This document shows positions 14,311 to 23,787 of a stretch of 64,000 nt of DNA, one piece after another. Made by a program: the position numbers and the translations under genes. This DNA comes from Candidatus Latescibacterota bacterium. GTDB taxonomy: Bacteria > Latescibacterota > UBA2968 > UBA8231. Numbering within the stretch: position 1 is the stretch's first letter; every line of letters starts with the position of its first letter. Below the pieces are notes generated by a model. It ran no database searches. It saw nothing but the letters and a program-made list of their open reading frames with translations, and was not told the origin of the DNA. The stretch is taken from assembly GCA_965248355.1 (NCBI GenBank), contig OZ252098.1, forward strand, positions 896,001 to 960,000, written 5' to 3'.

Positions 14311-15315
14311 TCAGGCCACCCGGTACCGCTCGACCACGTCGAGGTCGACGTGAACCCCCAGGCCGGGCCCCTCGGGCACGATGAAGTGGCCCTCTTCAAC
14401 GGCGAGGGACCCATCGCAGATGTCGGCCACCCGGGTGAAGGGCAGCTCGTCGCACGGCAGCGTGGCGTTCGGCATCGTCGCCTGCAGGTGCACGGAATAG
14501 GCTGCGTGAACGCCCAGGCAAAGCCCGCCCTTCTGCACCCAGACGGGCACGTTGGCCGCCTGGGCCAGGGCGGCCAACGTGCGGACCTGCACCGCGGGCC
14601 CCCCGATGTTCAGGTAGTCGATGGCCTCGGCCTTGAGCGCCGCCAGAACAGCGGAAGGCGAGCCGAGGTGGAGAGCCTGGGGAATCCAGGTCTTCTCGCG
14701 CAGCAGCCGGTACCAGTCGAGATTGTCCTTGAGGACGGGATCCTCGAAGTTGGCCACGGTGCCGAAGGGCTCCAGTTTGGCCGCCAGCCGGGCCGCCACG
14801 GAGGGCTGAACGAACTGGGTATTCGGGTCGACACCGACCGTGTAGTCCGGGCCGGCGGCCTCCTTCATCAGACGCACGGTCTCGACGATGTCCCATGGCC
14901 GCGCCTTGAGCTTGTGGTTCGTGAACCCCTTGCGGACTCCCACCTCGGCTTCGGCCGCGGTCTCGGCCGGCTCCATGTGGCAGGACCAGTAGGAGACAGG
15001 GACTCGGTCCCGCACCTTGGCGCCGAAGAAACGGTGCACGGGCACCCCCCAGGCCTGGCCGGCGATGTCGAGCAGGGCGCAGCAGATCGGATCCGGCTGG
15101 GCGAAGGCGTCGAGGGCCAACGGATCCTGGCCGGCCAAGGTGGCGAAACCGGCCTCGAGGTCGGCCTTGCGGCCCTGGCACTCGCCCCAGCCGGTCAGAC
15201 CTTCGTCCGTTCCCAGCCGGACCAGGGTGAGATCGTAGATCTTCGGGACGTACCTGGCGATGGGAGGGATAGGCGGTATCTCGACTTCGAACAGCTCCAC
15301 GGCGGTGATCTTCAT
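14311..15315 (-). CDS. Mandelate racemase / muconate lactonizing enzyme family protein
   Basis: MKITAVELF, TDEGLTGWGE, ALLDIAGQAWGVPV, KLK, VDPN, FEDP, PEGPGLGV. Confidence 0.9.
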   Translation of the reverse strand: MKITAVELFEVEIPPIPPIARYVPKIYDLTLVRLGTDEGLTGWGECQGRKADLEAGFATLAGQDPLALDAFAQPDPICCALLDIAGQAWGVPVHRFFGAKVRDRVPVSYWSCHMEPAETAAEAEVGVRKGFTNHKLKARPWDIVETVRLMKEAAGPDYTVGVDPNTQFVQPSVAARLAAKLEPFGTVANFEDPVLKDNLDWYRLLREKTWIPQALHLGSPSAVLAALKAEAIDYLNIGGPAVQVRTLAALAQAANVPVWVQKGGLCLGVHAAYSVHLQATMPNATLPCDELPFTRVADICDGSLAVEEGHFIVPEGPGLGVHVDLDVVERYRVA

Positions 15316-15376
15316 CAGGTCGGCCTTTCTCGGGGGGCCCTGCGGGCTGCCTCGGAGCACAAGATAGGAGGATTCT

Positions 15377-16126
15377 GTGGAAGCCGCCTCGACGACGGAC
15401 CTGGGGATCCTGAACGCCGTTCTCGGCCTGGCGGCGCTCGTCGCCTCGGTGACCGGATTCGGCTACGCCCTGGTGGCCGTGCCCCTGCTGGTGCTCCTGC
15501 TGCCCCCGGTGCGGCTGGTGCCTGTCGTGCTCATCAGCTGGGTACCCCTCGCCCTCCTCCTGCTGGCCCAGAGCTGGAGGCACCTCGACCCGGGGCGGCT
15601 CCTGCGCCTGCTCGCCGGTGCCTTGTTCGGCGCACCACTCGGGATCTTCATGTTGTCGTCCCTGCCGGAGCCGACGATGCGATCCGTCATCGGCGCCATC
15701 ACCCTGCTCGCCGCCGCCTCGCTTCTGTTCCGGCCCCGACGGCCTTTCGCCCGCGAGGGACCCGCCTTGCTGATGGCCGGCCTCTTCAGCGGGATCACGG
15801 GGGGGGCCAGCGGCATGTCGGGACCGCCGATCGTGCTTCTCGGCCTCAAGCAACGCTGGGAGGCCGAGGGATTCCGCGCCGACCTGCTCTGCTTCTTCCT
15901 CCTTCTCCACGCCTCCGTTGCGGCCGGGCTGGGCCACATGGGCCTGCTCTCCGGCGGGATTCTCCAGCTTTCCCTCGCCGTGCTTCCGGGCGTGTTTCTG
16001 GGATACGCGGTCGGCACGAAGCTGAGGGGACGTATCGATGCTCCCATGTACCGGCGGCTGGCCGTCTCGATCGTCGTCGTGGGCGGGATCTGGGCGCTCC
16101 TCTCCCCCCTGGCCCAAGGGCTGTGA
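15377..16126 (+). CDS. Sulfite exporter TauE/SafE family membrane protein
   Basis: GFGYALVAVP, GASGMSGPP, about 8 TM helices; AGGAGG RBS before the GTG start. Confidence 0.88.
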   Translation: MEAASTTDLGILNAVLGLAALVASVTGFGYALVAVPLLVLLLPPVRLVPVVLISWVPLALLLLAQSWRHLDPGRLLRLLAGALFGAPLGIFMLSSLPEPTMRSVIGAITLLAAASLLFRPRRPFAREGPALLMAGLFSGITGGASGMSGPPIVLLGLKQRWEAEGFRADLLCFFLLLHASVAAGLGHMGLLSGGILQLSLAVLPGVFLGYAVGTKLRGRIDAPMYRRLAVSIVVVGGIWALLSPLAQGL

Positions 16127-16130
16127 TCTG

Positions 16131-16811
16131 ATGGATGGAGGAAAGGCAGCGCGCCAGGCGATCGAGAGCGTGCGCCGCTACTACGACGAGCGCGGGATCT
16201 TCCTGGGCCGGTGGGGCTTCGGCCGGCGTCCCGCGCTGGTCGTCATCGACATGGCCTACGGGTGGACCGACCCGGCCTACGCCACCGGTTCCAGCAGGCT
16301 GGACGAGGCCGTGGAGGGCATCGGCCGGCTGCTGCCCATCTGCCGGGAGAAGGGGGTCCCTGTGGTGTACACCACCTCCCCCTATCGTCCGGAGGATGGG
16401 GAGGAGCCCATGCACCGGCGCCAGGACCGGGCCCACCGGCCGTGGGACGCCCGGGCCTGCGAGATCGACGCGAGGTTGAGACCGCGTCGAGGGGAGATCG
16501 TGATCTTCAAGGAGAATGCCTCGGCCTTCTTCGGGACCCATCTGGCGCCTTGTCTGATCGAGCGCGAAGTCGACACGGTGCTGGTGACGGGGTGCTCCAC
16601 GAGCGCTTGCGTGCGGGCTACGGCCACCGACGCCCGGGCCTATCGATTCAGGGCCATCGTGCCTCGTCAGTGCGTGCAGGACCGGTCCGAGGCGGCCCAC
16701 GAGTACAACCTCTTCGACATCGACGCCAAGTTCGGGGACGTGGTCGATATCGAGGAAACCATCGACTACCTCCGGGGCCTTGCGGAGGGAGGACAGGTCG
16801 ACGCGCCATGA
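16131..16811 (+). CDS. Isochorismatase family cysteine hydrolase (N-carbamoylsarcosine/maleamate amidohydrolase-like)
   Basis: GFGRRPALVVID, KENASAFFGT, GCSTSACVRATATDA, DIDAKFGDV. Confidence 0.9.
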   Translation: MDGGKAARQAIESVRRYYDERGIFLGRWGFGRRPALVVIDMAYGWTDPAYATGSSRLDEAVEGIGRLLPICREKGVPVVYTTSPYRPEDGEEPMHRRQDRAHRPWDARACEIDARLRPRRGEIVIFKENASAFFGTHLAPCLIEREVDTVLVTGCSTSACVRATATDARAYRFRAIVPRQCVQDRSEAAHEYNLFDIDAKFGDVVDIEETIDYLRGLAEGGQVDAP

Positions 16812-17785
16812 GGATCCTGGTCACCGGGATCACGGGGCGCATCGGTGCCAATCTGGCGGTCCGGCTCGTGCACGCCGGCCACGAGGTTCGCGGCCTGGTG
16901 TGGAGTGGGGATCGGCGCACCCGGAAGCTGGAGGGCCTCGGCGTAGAGCTGGTGGAGGGCAGCCTGACGGAACCGGCGGACGTCGACTCGGCGGTGGACG
17001 GCATGGAGGCGGTCTATCACCTCGGAGCCGCCTTCCAGGGTGGGGGGCCCTTCACCGAGGAGGACTATTTCCGCGTCAACGTGGGGGGGACCTTCCACGT
17101 CCTGCAAGCCTGCCGCCGTCAGCCGGCTTTCCGCCACCTGTTGTTCGCCAGCACCGATGCCCTGTACGAGAAATACGTCCCCGGGGGCCTGCGCGACCCG
17201 ATCACCGAGGACACGCCGCGGCGACCTGCGGGCTGGTATGCCCTGTCGAAGGCGCTCGGGGAGGAGATGTGCGAGGGATACTGGCGCAGCGGCCGGCTGC
17301 CGGTGACGATCCTGCGCTTCTCCATGGTCCTGGGGGCGGGGGAGGTGCTCGACTTTCCGCAGTTCTACCTGAGCCGGATGAAGACCGGCCATCCGGTTCT
17401 GGAGGCCCTCTGGGAAGGAGAGGAGCGTCTCCTGCTGCTGAAGGACGACGCCGGCCGGCCCTACATGAAGCACGTGGCCGACGTGCGCGACATCGTCCAG
17501 GGCTGTCTCTGCGCCCTGGGCAAGGAGCGGGCCTACGGGCGCCGGTACCAGTTGGCCGGCCCCAGGGCTTTCACTTGGGACGAGGTCATCTACCGGCTCA
17601 CCGAGGTGCTCGGGATCCCCTTCGTCGAGGCCTGCCCCGGGGGGGTGCCCACCCACTACGAGTTCGACCTGACACGCTCGATGCGCGAGCTCGGCTTTCA
17701 GCCCCAGTACGACATCGTGCGCATGATCGTTGACGCTCTGTCCCATCGCCGGGGCGAGCCGGTCGGGATCCTGCCGACGGTGTGA
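16808..17785 (+). CDS. NAD-dependent epimerase/dehydratase
   Basis: MRILVTGITGRIG, YALSK (YxxxK), DVRD; ATGA-coupled. Confidence 0.9.
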   Translation: MRILVTGITGRIGANLAVRLVHAGHEVRGLVWSGDRRTRKLEGLGVELVEGSLTEPADVDSAVDGMEAVYHLGAAFQGGGPFTEEDYFRVNVGGTFHVLQACRRQPAFRHLLFASTDALYEKYVPGGLRDPITEDTPRRPAGWYALSKALGEEMCEGYWRSGRLPVTILRFSMVLGAGEVLDFPQFYLSRMKTGHPVLEALWEGEERLLLLKDDAGRPYMKHVADVRDIVQGCLCALGKERAYGRRYQLAGPRAFTWDEVIYRLTEVLGIPFVEACPGGVPTHYEFDLTRSMRELGFQPQYDIVRMIVDALSHRRGEPVGILPTV

Positions 17786-17813
17786 GGCCTGACGCGTGAA
17801 AGAGAGGAAGGGA

Positions 17814-19157
17814 ATGGCAAGTGACCGGGAGCAACTGAAGAGCTCTGTCTGCGCCTCCGTCGAGGCCAGCCGGGACCGCATCGTCGGCCTGGGCGAGTCG
17901 GTGATGGACGAGCCGGAGGTCGGGTTCAAGGAGCACCGGACGGCGGACCGCATGAAGGCGGTATTCGAGGAAGCCGGCCTGCCCTTCGAGGGGGGACTCG
18001 CCCTGACGGGTGTTCGGGCCGTGCTGGAGGGTGGCCGGCCCGGGCCGACGCTCGCCCTCATGGGCGAGCTGGACGCCCTGGTCCTTCCCGGCCATCCGCG
18101 CGCCGACCGCGCCACGGGCGCGGCCCACGCCTGCGGTCACAACGCCCAGATCGCCGCCCTCGCCGGCGCGGCCCTGGGTCTGGCCAACTCCGGGATCGCC
18201 CCGCAGTTGTCCGGGCGCGTCGTGTTCTTCGCGGTGCCCGCCGAGGAGTACGTGGAGATCGACTACCGCCTCGATCTCGTGCGCCAGGGGCGGACCACCT
18301 TCCTGGCCGGCAAGCCGGAGCTCCTGCAGCTGGGTGCCTTCGACGACGTCGACATGGCCGTCATGATCCACTCAGGCAGCGGCGATACCCTCGAGGGCTC
18401 GTACGGCTTGTCAGAGTCGTCGAACGGCTTCCTGGCCAAGAGCGTCCGCTTCCATGGCCGGGCCGCGCACTCGGGATTGGCCCCGGAGCGGGGCGTGAAC
18501 GCCCTGAACGCCGCGAGTCTCGCCTTGACCGCCATCAACGGGCAGCGCGAGACCTTCCGCGACGAGGACTGCGTGCGCGTCCACCCCATTCTCACGAAGG
18601 GAGGGGACATCGTCAACATCGTCCCTGCCGAGACGCGCATGGAGACCTACGTGCGGGCGCGCACGGCCCAGGCCATGGAGGACGCCGCCGCCAAGGTCGA
18701 CCGCGCGATCAAGGGTGCGGCCATGGCCTTCGGGTGCACGGTGGAGATCGAGACCCTTCCGGGATACCTGCCCCTCGCCAACGACCCCGAGCTCGCCCGC
18801 CTCTTCCGCAGCAGCGCCGGCCGCCTCTTCGGCGAGCAGGAGTACCAGGCTCTCGCCCACGGAGGCGGGTCCACCGACGCCGGGGATCTGAGCCAGCTCA
18901 TGCCGGTCCTGCATCCGGTGATGACCGGTGCCCGAGGCGCGGCCCACGCCGTGGACTGGCACATCGCCGATCCCGAGGCCGGCTACATGGCGCCGGCGAA
19001 GACACTGGCCATGATGGCCGTCGACCTGCTGTCCCACGGCGCCGAGGGTGCGCGCCGCGTCCTGGCCGAGGCCCGGCCGCCCCTCACGCGGGAGGACTAC
19101 CTGCGACAGCAGAAGGCACGGTTCCGGTCCGAGGTCTACGACCCGGAGGCGGCCTGA
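17814..19157 (+). CDS. M20 family amidohydrolase
   Basis: GELDAL, HACGHN, VPAEE, GRAAH, GGDIVNIVP, GSTDAGD. Confidence 0.92.
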   Translation: MASDREQLKSSVCASVEASRDRIVGLGESVMDEPEVGFKEHRTADRMKAVFEEAGLPFEGGLALTGVRAVLEGGRPGPTLALMGELDALVLPGHPRADRATGAAHACGHNAQIAALAGAALGLANSGIAPQLSGRVVFFAVPAEEYVEIDYRLDLVRQGRTTFLAGKPELLQLGAFDDVDMAVMIHSGSGDTLEGSYGLSESSNGFLAKSVRFHGRAAHSGLAPERGVNALNAASLALTAINGQRETFRDEDCVRVHPILTKGGDIVNIVPAETRMETYVRARTAQAMEDAAAKVDRAIKGAAMAFGCTVEIETLPGYLPLANDPELARLFRSSAGRLFGEQEYQALAHGGGSTDAGDLSQLMPVLHPVMTGARGAAHAVDWHIADPEAGYMAPAKTLAMMAVDLLSHGAEGARRVLAEARPPLTREDYLRQQKARFRSEVYDPEAA

Positions 19158-19192
19158 ACAACACACAACCACTTCGATGAAGGGGACAGGAG

Positions 19193-19966
19193 ATGCCGTA
19201 TCGACTCGGGCTGGTCACCTACCAACTGGCCAAGGACTGGGACGTGGAGGAGATCATCGCCAACTGTACCGAGACCGGGTTCGAGGGCGTCGAGCTGCGT
19301 ACAACCCACGCTCACGGGGTCGAGGTGGAGCTCAGCGCCGCGCAGCGCCAGCAGGTGCGCGCCAGGTTCGCCGACTCGGCGGTTGAGCTCGTCGGTCTGG
19401 GCTCGGCCTTCGAGTACGACTCCACCGACGAGGCCGAGCTGCGCCGGAACATCGAAGGCACGAAGGAATACGCCCGCCTTGCGGCGGACGTGGGCGCGCC
19501 GGGGATCAAGGTGCGGCCGAACAAGGTGCACGACGACGAAGGGATCCCGAGAGAGAGGACCTTCGAGCAGATCGGACGAGCCCTGCGGGAATGCGGCGAG
19601 TGCGCCGGGCAGCTCGGCGTCGAGATCCGTCTCGAGGTCCACGGCCGGGTCACCTGCGAGCCGGCGAACATCCGCGCCATCCTCGACCACGCCGATCACG
19701 ACAACGTCTTCGCCTGCTGGAACTCGAATCCGCAGGACGGTGACGACTCGGGCTCGATCGACGCCAACTTCGCCTTGTTGGAGAAGGAGATGCGTCTCGT
19801 GCACATCAACGAGTTGTGGAGCGGTTACCCGTGGGCCCGGCTGTTCGAGCTGCTGCACGACTCGGGCTATGACGGTTTCACCCTGGCCGAGATTCCCCCC
19901 AGCCAGGACCCGCTTCGGCTGATGCGGTACTACCGGGCCCTGTGGCGGGCCTCCGGAGCCGGGTGA
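19193..19966 (+). CDS. Sugar phosphate isomerase/epimerase (xylose isomerase-like TIM barrel)
   Basis: GFEGVELR, RLEVHG, WNSN, VHINE, GYDGFTLAE. Confidence 0.85.
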   Translation: MPYRLGLVTYQLAKDWDVEEIIANCTETGFEGVELRTTHAHGVEVELSAAQRQQVRARFADSAVELVGLGSAFEYDSTDEAELRRNIEGTKEYARLAADVGAPGIKVRPNKVHDDEGIPRERTFEQIGRALRECGECAGQLGVEIRLEVHGRVTCEPANIRAILDHADHDNVFACWNSNPQDGDDSGSIDANFALLEKEMRLVHINELWSGYPWARLFELLHDSGYDGFTLAEIPPSQDPLRLMRYYRALWRASGAG

Positions 19967-20805
19967 TGCCGGAGATCGCCTACGTCAACGGCGTCTTCCT
20001 GCCCATCGACGAGGCCGTGGTTTCCATCGAGGACCGCGGGTTCCAGTTTGCCGATGGCGTGTACGAGGTGGTCGCCACCTACGGTGGGCGGCCGTACGCG
20101 ATGGCAGGCCACCTGAGGCGCCTGGACCGCAGCCTCCGGGAGATCCGCATCGACTTTGACGTGAAGGCCCTTCCTGCCCTCGTGGAGGAGGGGATCCGGC
20201 GCTCGGGCTTCGACGAGACCCTGATCTACATTCAGGTGACCCGCGGGGCGGCTCCCCGCAACCACGAGTTCCCCGAACGCCGCCCGGAACCGACGGTGGT
20301 CATGACGGTGAAGGAGCTGCAACGCCCCGATCCAGGACTGTACGAGGGCGGCGTGAAGGTGATCACCACCCCGGACCTGCGCTGGAAACGCTGCGATATC
20401 AAGTCGATCGCGCTGCTGCCGAACATCCTCGCCAAGCAGCTGGCGCACGAGGCCGGCGCCTACGAGTCCTTGCTGATCGATGCCCTCGGCCGCGTGACCG
20501 AGGGCTCCTCGACCAGCTCCTTCATGGTGGCCGACGGCGCCGTGCACACCTCGCCCGAGGGGCCTCACATCCTGCCTTCGATCACGCGCGGTATCCTGTT
20601 GGACATCATCCGTGATCTGGGCCTCCCGCTGCACGAGAGGTTCTGCCAGGTCGAGGAGTACCGGTCCGCCGAGGAGGTCTTCCTCGCCGGCACCTCGACG
20701 GAGGCCATGCCCGTCGTGCAGGTCGACGACACCCGGATCGGCCCTGGCCGGCCCGGTCCCCTGACGCGGCGGTTCCGGGAGGCCTTCCTCTCCAGGATAG
20801 GCTGA
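19966..20805 (+). CDS. dat: D-amino acid aminotransferase (class IV PLP enzyme)
   Basis: VSIEDRGFQFADGVYEV, YIQVTRG, RWKRCDIKS, TEGSS, ILPSITR. Confidence 0.88.
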   Translation: MPEIAYVNGVFLPIDEAVVSIEDRGFQFADGVYEVVATYGGRPYAMAGHLRRLDRSLREIRIDFDVKALPALVEEGIRRSGFDETLIYIQVTRGAAPRNHEFPERRPEPTVVMTVKELQRPDPGLYEGGVKVITTPDLRWKRCDIKSIALLPNILAKQLAHEAGAYESLLIDALGRVTEGSSTSSFMVADGAVHTSPEGPHILPSITRGILLDIIRDLGLPLHERFCQVEEYRSAEEVFLAGTSTEAMPVVQVDDTRIGPGRPGPLTRRFREAFLSRIG

Positions 20806-20821
20806 AGCCGCCGTACACGAA

Positions 20822-20858
20822 ACGAGGCGGACCCGCCGCCTGGCCGGGTCCGCCTCGT
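20822..20858. terminator. Stem-loop between convergent genes (likely bidirectional terminator)
   Basis: Perfect 14-bp inverted repeat ACGAGGCGGACCCG / CGGGTCCGCCTCGT with a 9-nt loop. Confidence 0.65.
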
Positions 20859-20879
20859 ACGTCCCGCCGGGGGGGGCGG

Positions 20880-22289
20880 TCAGTGGATGACGACCATCTT
20901 GGTCTCCGTCATCTCATGGATCGTGTACTTCGGCCCTTCCTTGCCCATGCCCGAGTCCTTCAGCCCGCCGTAGGGCATGAGATCGGCCCGCCACTGGGTG
21001 CCCCAGTTGATGTGGATGTTCCCGGACTCGACCTGCTGCGCGTACTTCAGGGCCCGGTCGATGTCCTGCGTGAAGATCGAAGCCGAAAGCCCGTAGTTGG
21101 TGTCGTTGGCCAGGGCGATGGCTTCGTCGATGTCGTCGACGCGGGTCACGCCCACGGCCGGTCCGAAGATCTCGTCGCGGGAGACGCGCATCTTGGGGGA
21201 CACGTCGGCCAGCACGGTGGGCTCAAGCAGGGTGCCCTCGCGTCCGCCGCCGGTGACCAGGCGGGCGCCGTCGGAGACGGCGTCGGCGATCCAGCTCTGC
21301 ACCCGCTCGGCGTCGGACTCGCGGATCATGGGACCCATCCTGGTCTCCTCCTGCAGAGGATTCCCCGTGGTCAGGCCCTCCACCTTCGGGGTCAAGGCGT
21401 CGATGAAGTCACCGTACACGGGGCCCTCCACGAGGATCCGCTGCGCCGAGATGCAGACCTGGCCGGCGTTGGCGAACCCCGAGGAGGCTACCCCTTCGGC
21501 GACCTTGTCGAGATCGGCGTCGTCCATGACCACTACCGGAGAGTTCGAGCCGAGCTCCATGGTGACCCGCTTCAGGCCGGCGGTCCTGCAGATGTGCTCG
21601 CCCACGTCGCGGGACCCGGTGAAGGAGATCTTGCGCACGCGCTCGTCGGAGGCGATGGCATCGCCGATGGTGGCGCCCGATCCGGTGACGACGCTCACCG
21701 CCTCGGGCGGGAACCCGGCATCGAGCATGATCTCCACCAGCTTGATGCCGGACAGGGGCGTGTCGCTGGCCGGCTTGAGGAGCACGGCGTTCCCCGCGGC
21801 CAGGGCCGGGCCGACCTTGTGGCAGACCAGGTTCAGGGGAAAGTTGAAGGGCGTGATCGCCGCCACCACGCCGCAGGGCACCCGCAGGGTGAAGCCGAAC
21901 TTGCCGGCCCCGTTGGAGGCGCCGCTCAGGTCCAGCGTCTCGCCGGTGAGCCGCTTGGCCTCCTCCGCCGACAGGGTGATCGTCTCCTGGGCCCGCGCCG
22001 CTTCACCCAGGCCTTCGGCGAGGATCTTGCCCTCCTCGAGGGTGATGGTGCGGCCCAGGTCGTCGAGGCGCTCGGTCATCAAGTCGGCGGCCCGGTGCAG
22101 AAGCTCGTAGCGTTCGAAGGCGGGCATGCGGCGCATGATCTCCGCGCCGCGGACCGCGGTGTCGATCGCCTCGGCCACGTCGTCGGTGCCGGCCCTCGGT
22201 ACGGTGTCGACGACGGAGCCGTCGAAGGGGTTGAGGACCTCGATCTCCTCCGTCTTGGCGATCCATTGGCCGCCTACGTGCATCTTCAT
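20880..22289 (-). CDS. Aldehyde dehydrogenase family protein
   Basis: ITPFNFP, KPAS, SFTGS, MELGSN, GQVCIS, DEIFGP, PYGGLKDSG. Confidence 0.97.
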   Translation of the reverse strand: MKMHVGGQWIAKTEEIEVLNPFDGSVVDTVPRAGTDDVAEAIDTAVRGAEIMRRMPAFERYELLHRAADLMTERLDDLGRTITLEEGKILAEGLGEAARAQETITLSAEEAKRLTGETLDLSGASNGAGKFGFTLRVPCGVVAAITPFNFPLNLVCHKVGPALAAGNAVLLKPASDTPLSGIKLVEIMLDAGFPPEAVSVVTGSGATIGDAIASDERVRKISFTGSRDVGEHICRTAGLKRVTMELGSNSPVVVMDDADLDKVAEGVASSGFANAGQVCISAQRILVEGPVYGDFIDALTPKVEGLTTGNPLQEETRMGPMIRESDAERVQSWIADAVSDGARLVTGGGREGTLLEPTVLADVSPKMRVSRDEIFGPAVGVTRVDDIDEAIALANDTNYGLSASIFTQDIDRALKYAQQVESGNIHINWGTQWRADLMPYGGLKDSGMGKEGPKYTIHEMTETKMVVIH

Positions 22290-22341
22290 GGCTTTGATCC
22301 TCTTGCTGAGGTGGTCATTTCGTGAGAGCGGATGAAGATAA

Positions 22342-22842
22342 TCACTCCGAGGACTCGAGGTCGAGGTGCTCCCCGCGGACCCCGCCCGGGCCGACCGTCA
22401 GCATCCCGGTCAGCCGGGGCTTCCGGAACCGCTGGCGCCCGGCGCTGGCGGGATTGAAGTACAGGACGGGCGCCTCGGTCGGCCCCGACTCCTCCAGGAA
22501 AGGGATGTGACTGTGACCGAAGATGACGACCCTCGTGCCAGGGGGCACCGGGTCCCCGGTGGCCCCGCCGCCGGGAGGCGTGAAGATGTGGGTCATGTAG
22601 ATCGAAAGGCCGGCGACGGAGAGGCAGACGGACTCGGGCAGGTGTCCGAGTCCGGGGCCCTCGTCCACGTTGCCTCGTACGGCGATCACGGGGGCGACGT
22701 TGGACAGCTCGTCGAGGATCGACGCGTCCCCAACGTCGCCGGCATGGAGAATGAGGTCGACTCCCGCGTAGAGTTGCGGCACCCTCGGGTCCAGGAACCC
22801 GTGGGTGTCGGAGACGACGCCGGCCCGGAGGCGGGCGGTCAA
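22342..22842 (-). CDS. YfcE/MJ0936-type metallophosphoesterase
   Basis: SDTHG, HAGD, VRGNVD, GHSH, NPAS; TTG start overlaps the upstream stop (TTGA). Confidence 0.88.
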   Translation of the reverse strand: MTARLRAGVVSDTHGFLDPRVPQLYAGVDLILHAGDVGDASILDELSNVAPVIAVRGNVDEGPGLGHLPESVCLSVAGLSIYMTHIFTPPGGGATGDPVPPGTRVVIFGHSHIPFLEESGPTEAPVLYFNPASAGRQRFRKPRLTGMLTVGPGGVRGEHLDLESSE

Positions 22843-23714
22843 GGATCCATGGCGCATCGGAAGCCGATGCGCGGCCCCTTGTCGCGCGGTTTTCCGAACA
22901 TCCGCATGGCGATGCGAATCTGGTGCGAGGGGGATTTGTAGGATCCTCCCTTGATCACCCTCTTCGTTCCCGACGCCGGTCCGGTGGGATCCCGGACTTC
23001 CTTGGACTGGCGGTAGTAGTCTACCCTGTGCCAGTCGTGCACCCACTCCTCCGCGTTGCCCGACAGATCCATGATCCCGAAGGGACTCACACCGTCGGGA
23101 TAGGAGCCCACCGGGGCGGTCCAGCGGTGGCCGTCCTCGTCGAGCCCGGTCCTCGGTCGGTAGTTCGCCCACCAGACCCCGTTGGAGTACGGATCTCCGG
23201 CGCCCCAGGGGTACTTCCGGTACTCCTTGCCGCGGGCCCCGTACTCCCATTCCGCTTCCGTGGGCAGGCGCCTGCCCGCCCACTGGCAATAGGCGTAGGC
23301 GTCGTACCAGTTGACGCCCACGGCCGGATGGCTGTCCCCGCGCAGATCATCGTTCAAGTAGAGCTGCCCGTGATCCAGATCCGCGGGCTGATCGGGATGG
23401 TTCCACTTCGCGCCGTGGGCGGCGACAGCGTCGAGGAAACGGCGGTACTGGGCGTTCGTCACCTCGTGCTTGTCGAGGTAGTGGGCGCTCAGCTCCACCT
23501 CGTGCACGGGCCGCTCGGCGTAATAGGTGAGCAGGTGGCCGTCCGGTGCCTGGCTGACCTCCTCCTCCCGACCGCCCATGGGAAACGCGCCCTCCGGGAT
23601 AAGGACCATGACCGAGCCGTCGTCGGAGGTGATCACGGGATCCGGGCCGCAGCCGAGGACGACGAGGCCGGCCAGGGCCAGGGCGAAGTGGCGGAGGCGT
23701 GGTGCCTCGGTCAT
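22839..23714 (-). CDS. Formylglycine-generating enzyme (SUMF1) fold lipoprotein
   Basis: Lipobox LVVLGC; EVTNAQY, VNWYDA, RLPTEAEWE, DLSGNAEEW, IGFRC. Confidence 0.9.
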   Translation of the reverse strand: MTEAPRLRHFALALAGLVVLGCGPDPVITSDDGSVMVLIPEGAFPMGGREEEVSQAPDGHLLTYYAERPVHEVELSAHYLDKHEVTNAQYRRFLDAVAAHGAKWNHPDQPADLDHGQLYLNDDLRGDSHPAVGVNWYDAYAYCQWAGRRLPTEAEWEYGARGKEYRKYPWGAGDPYSNGVWWANYRPRTGLDEDGHRWTAPVGSYPDGVSPFGIMDLSGNAEEWVHDWHRVDYYRQSKEVRDPTGPASGTKRVIKGGSYKSPSHQIRIAMRMFGKPRDKGPRIGFRCAMDP

Positions 23715-23787
23715 CGTGCGAAGTCTCCTGAGATGAGTGTTATCAGGGTGGTAGAATGACGGCCACCCTTCACGGTTCCCGGGACCG

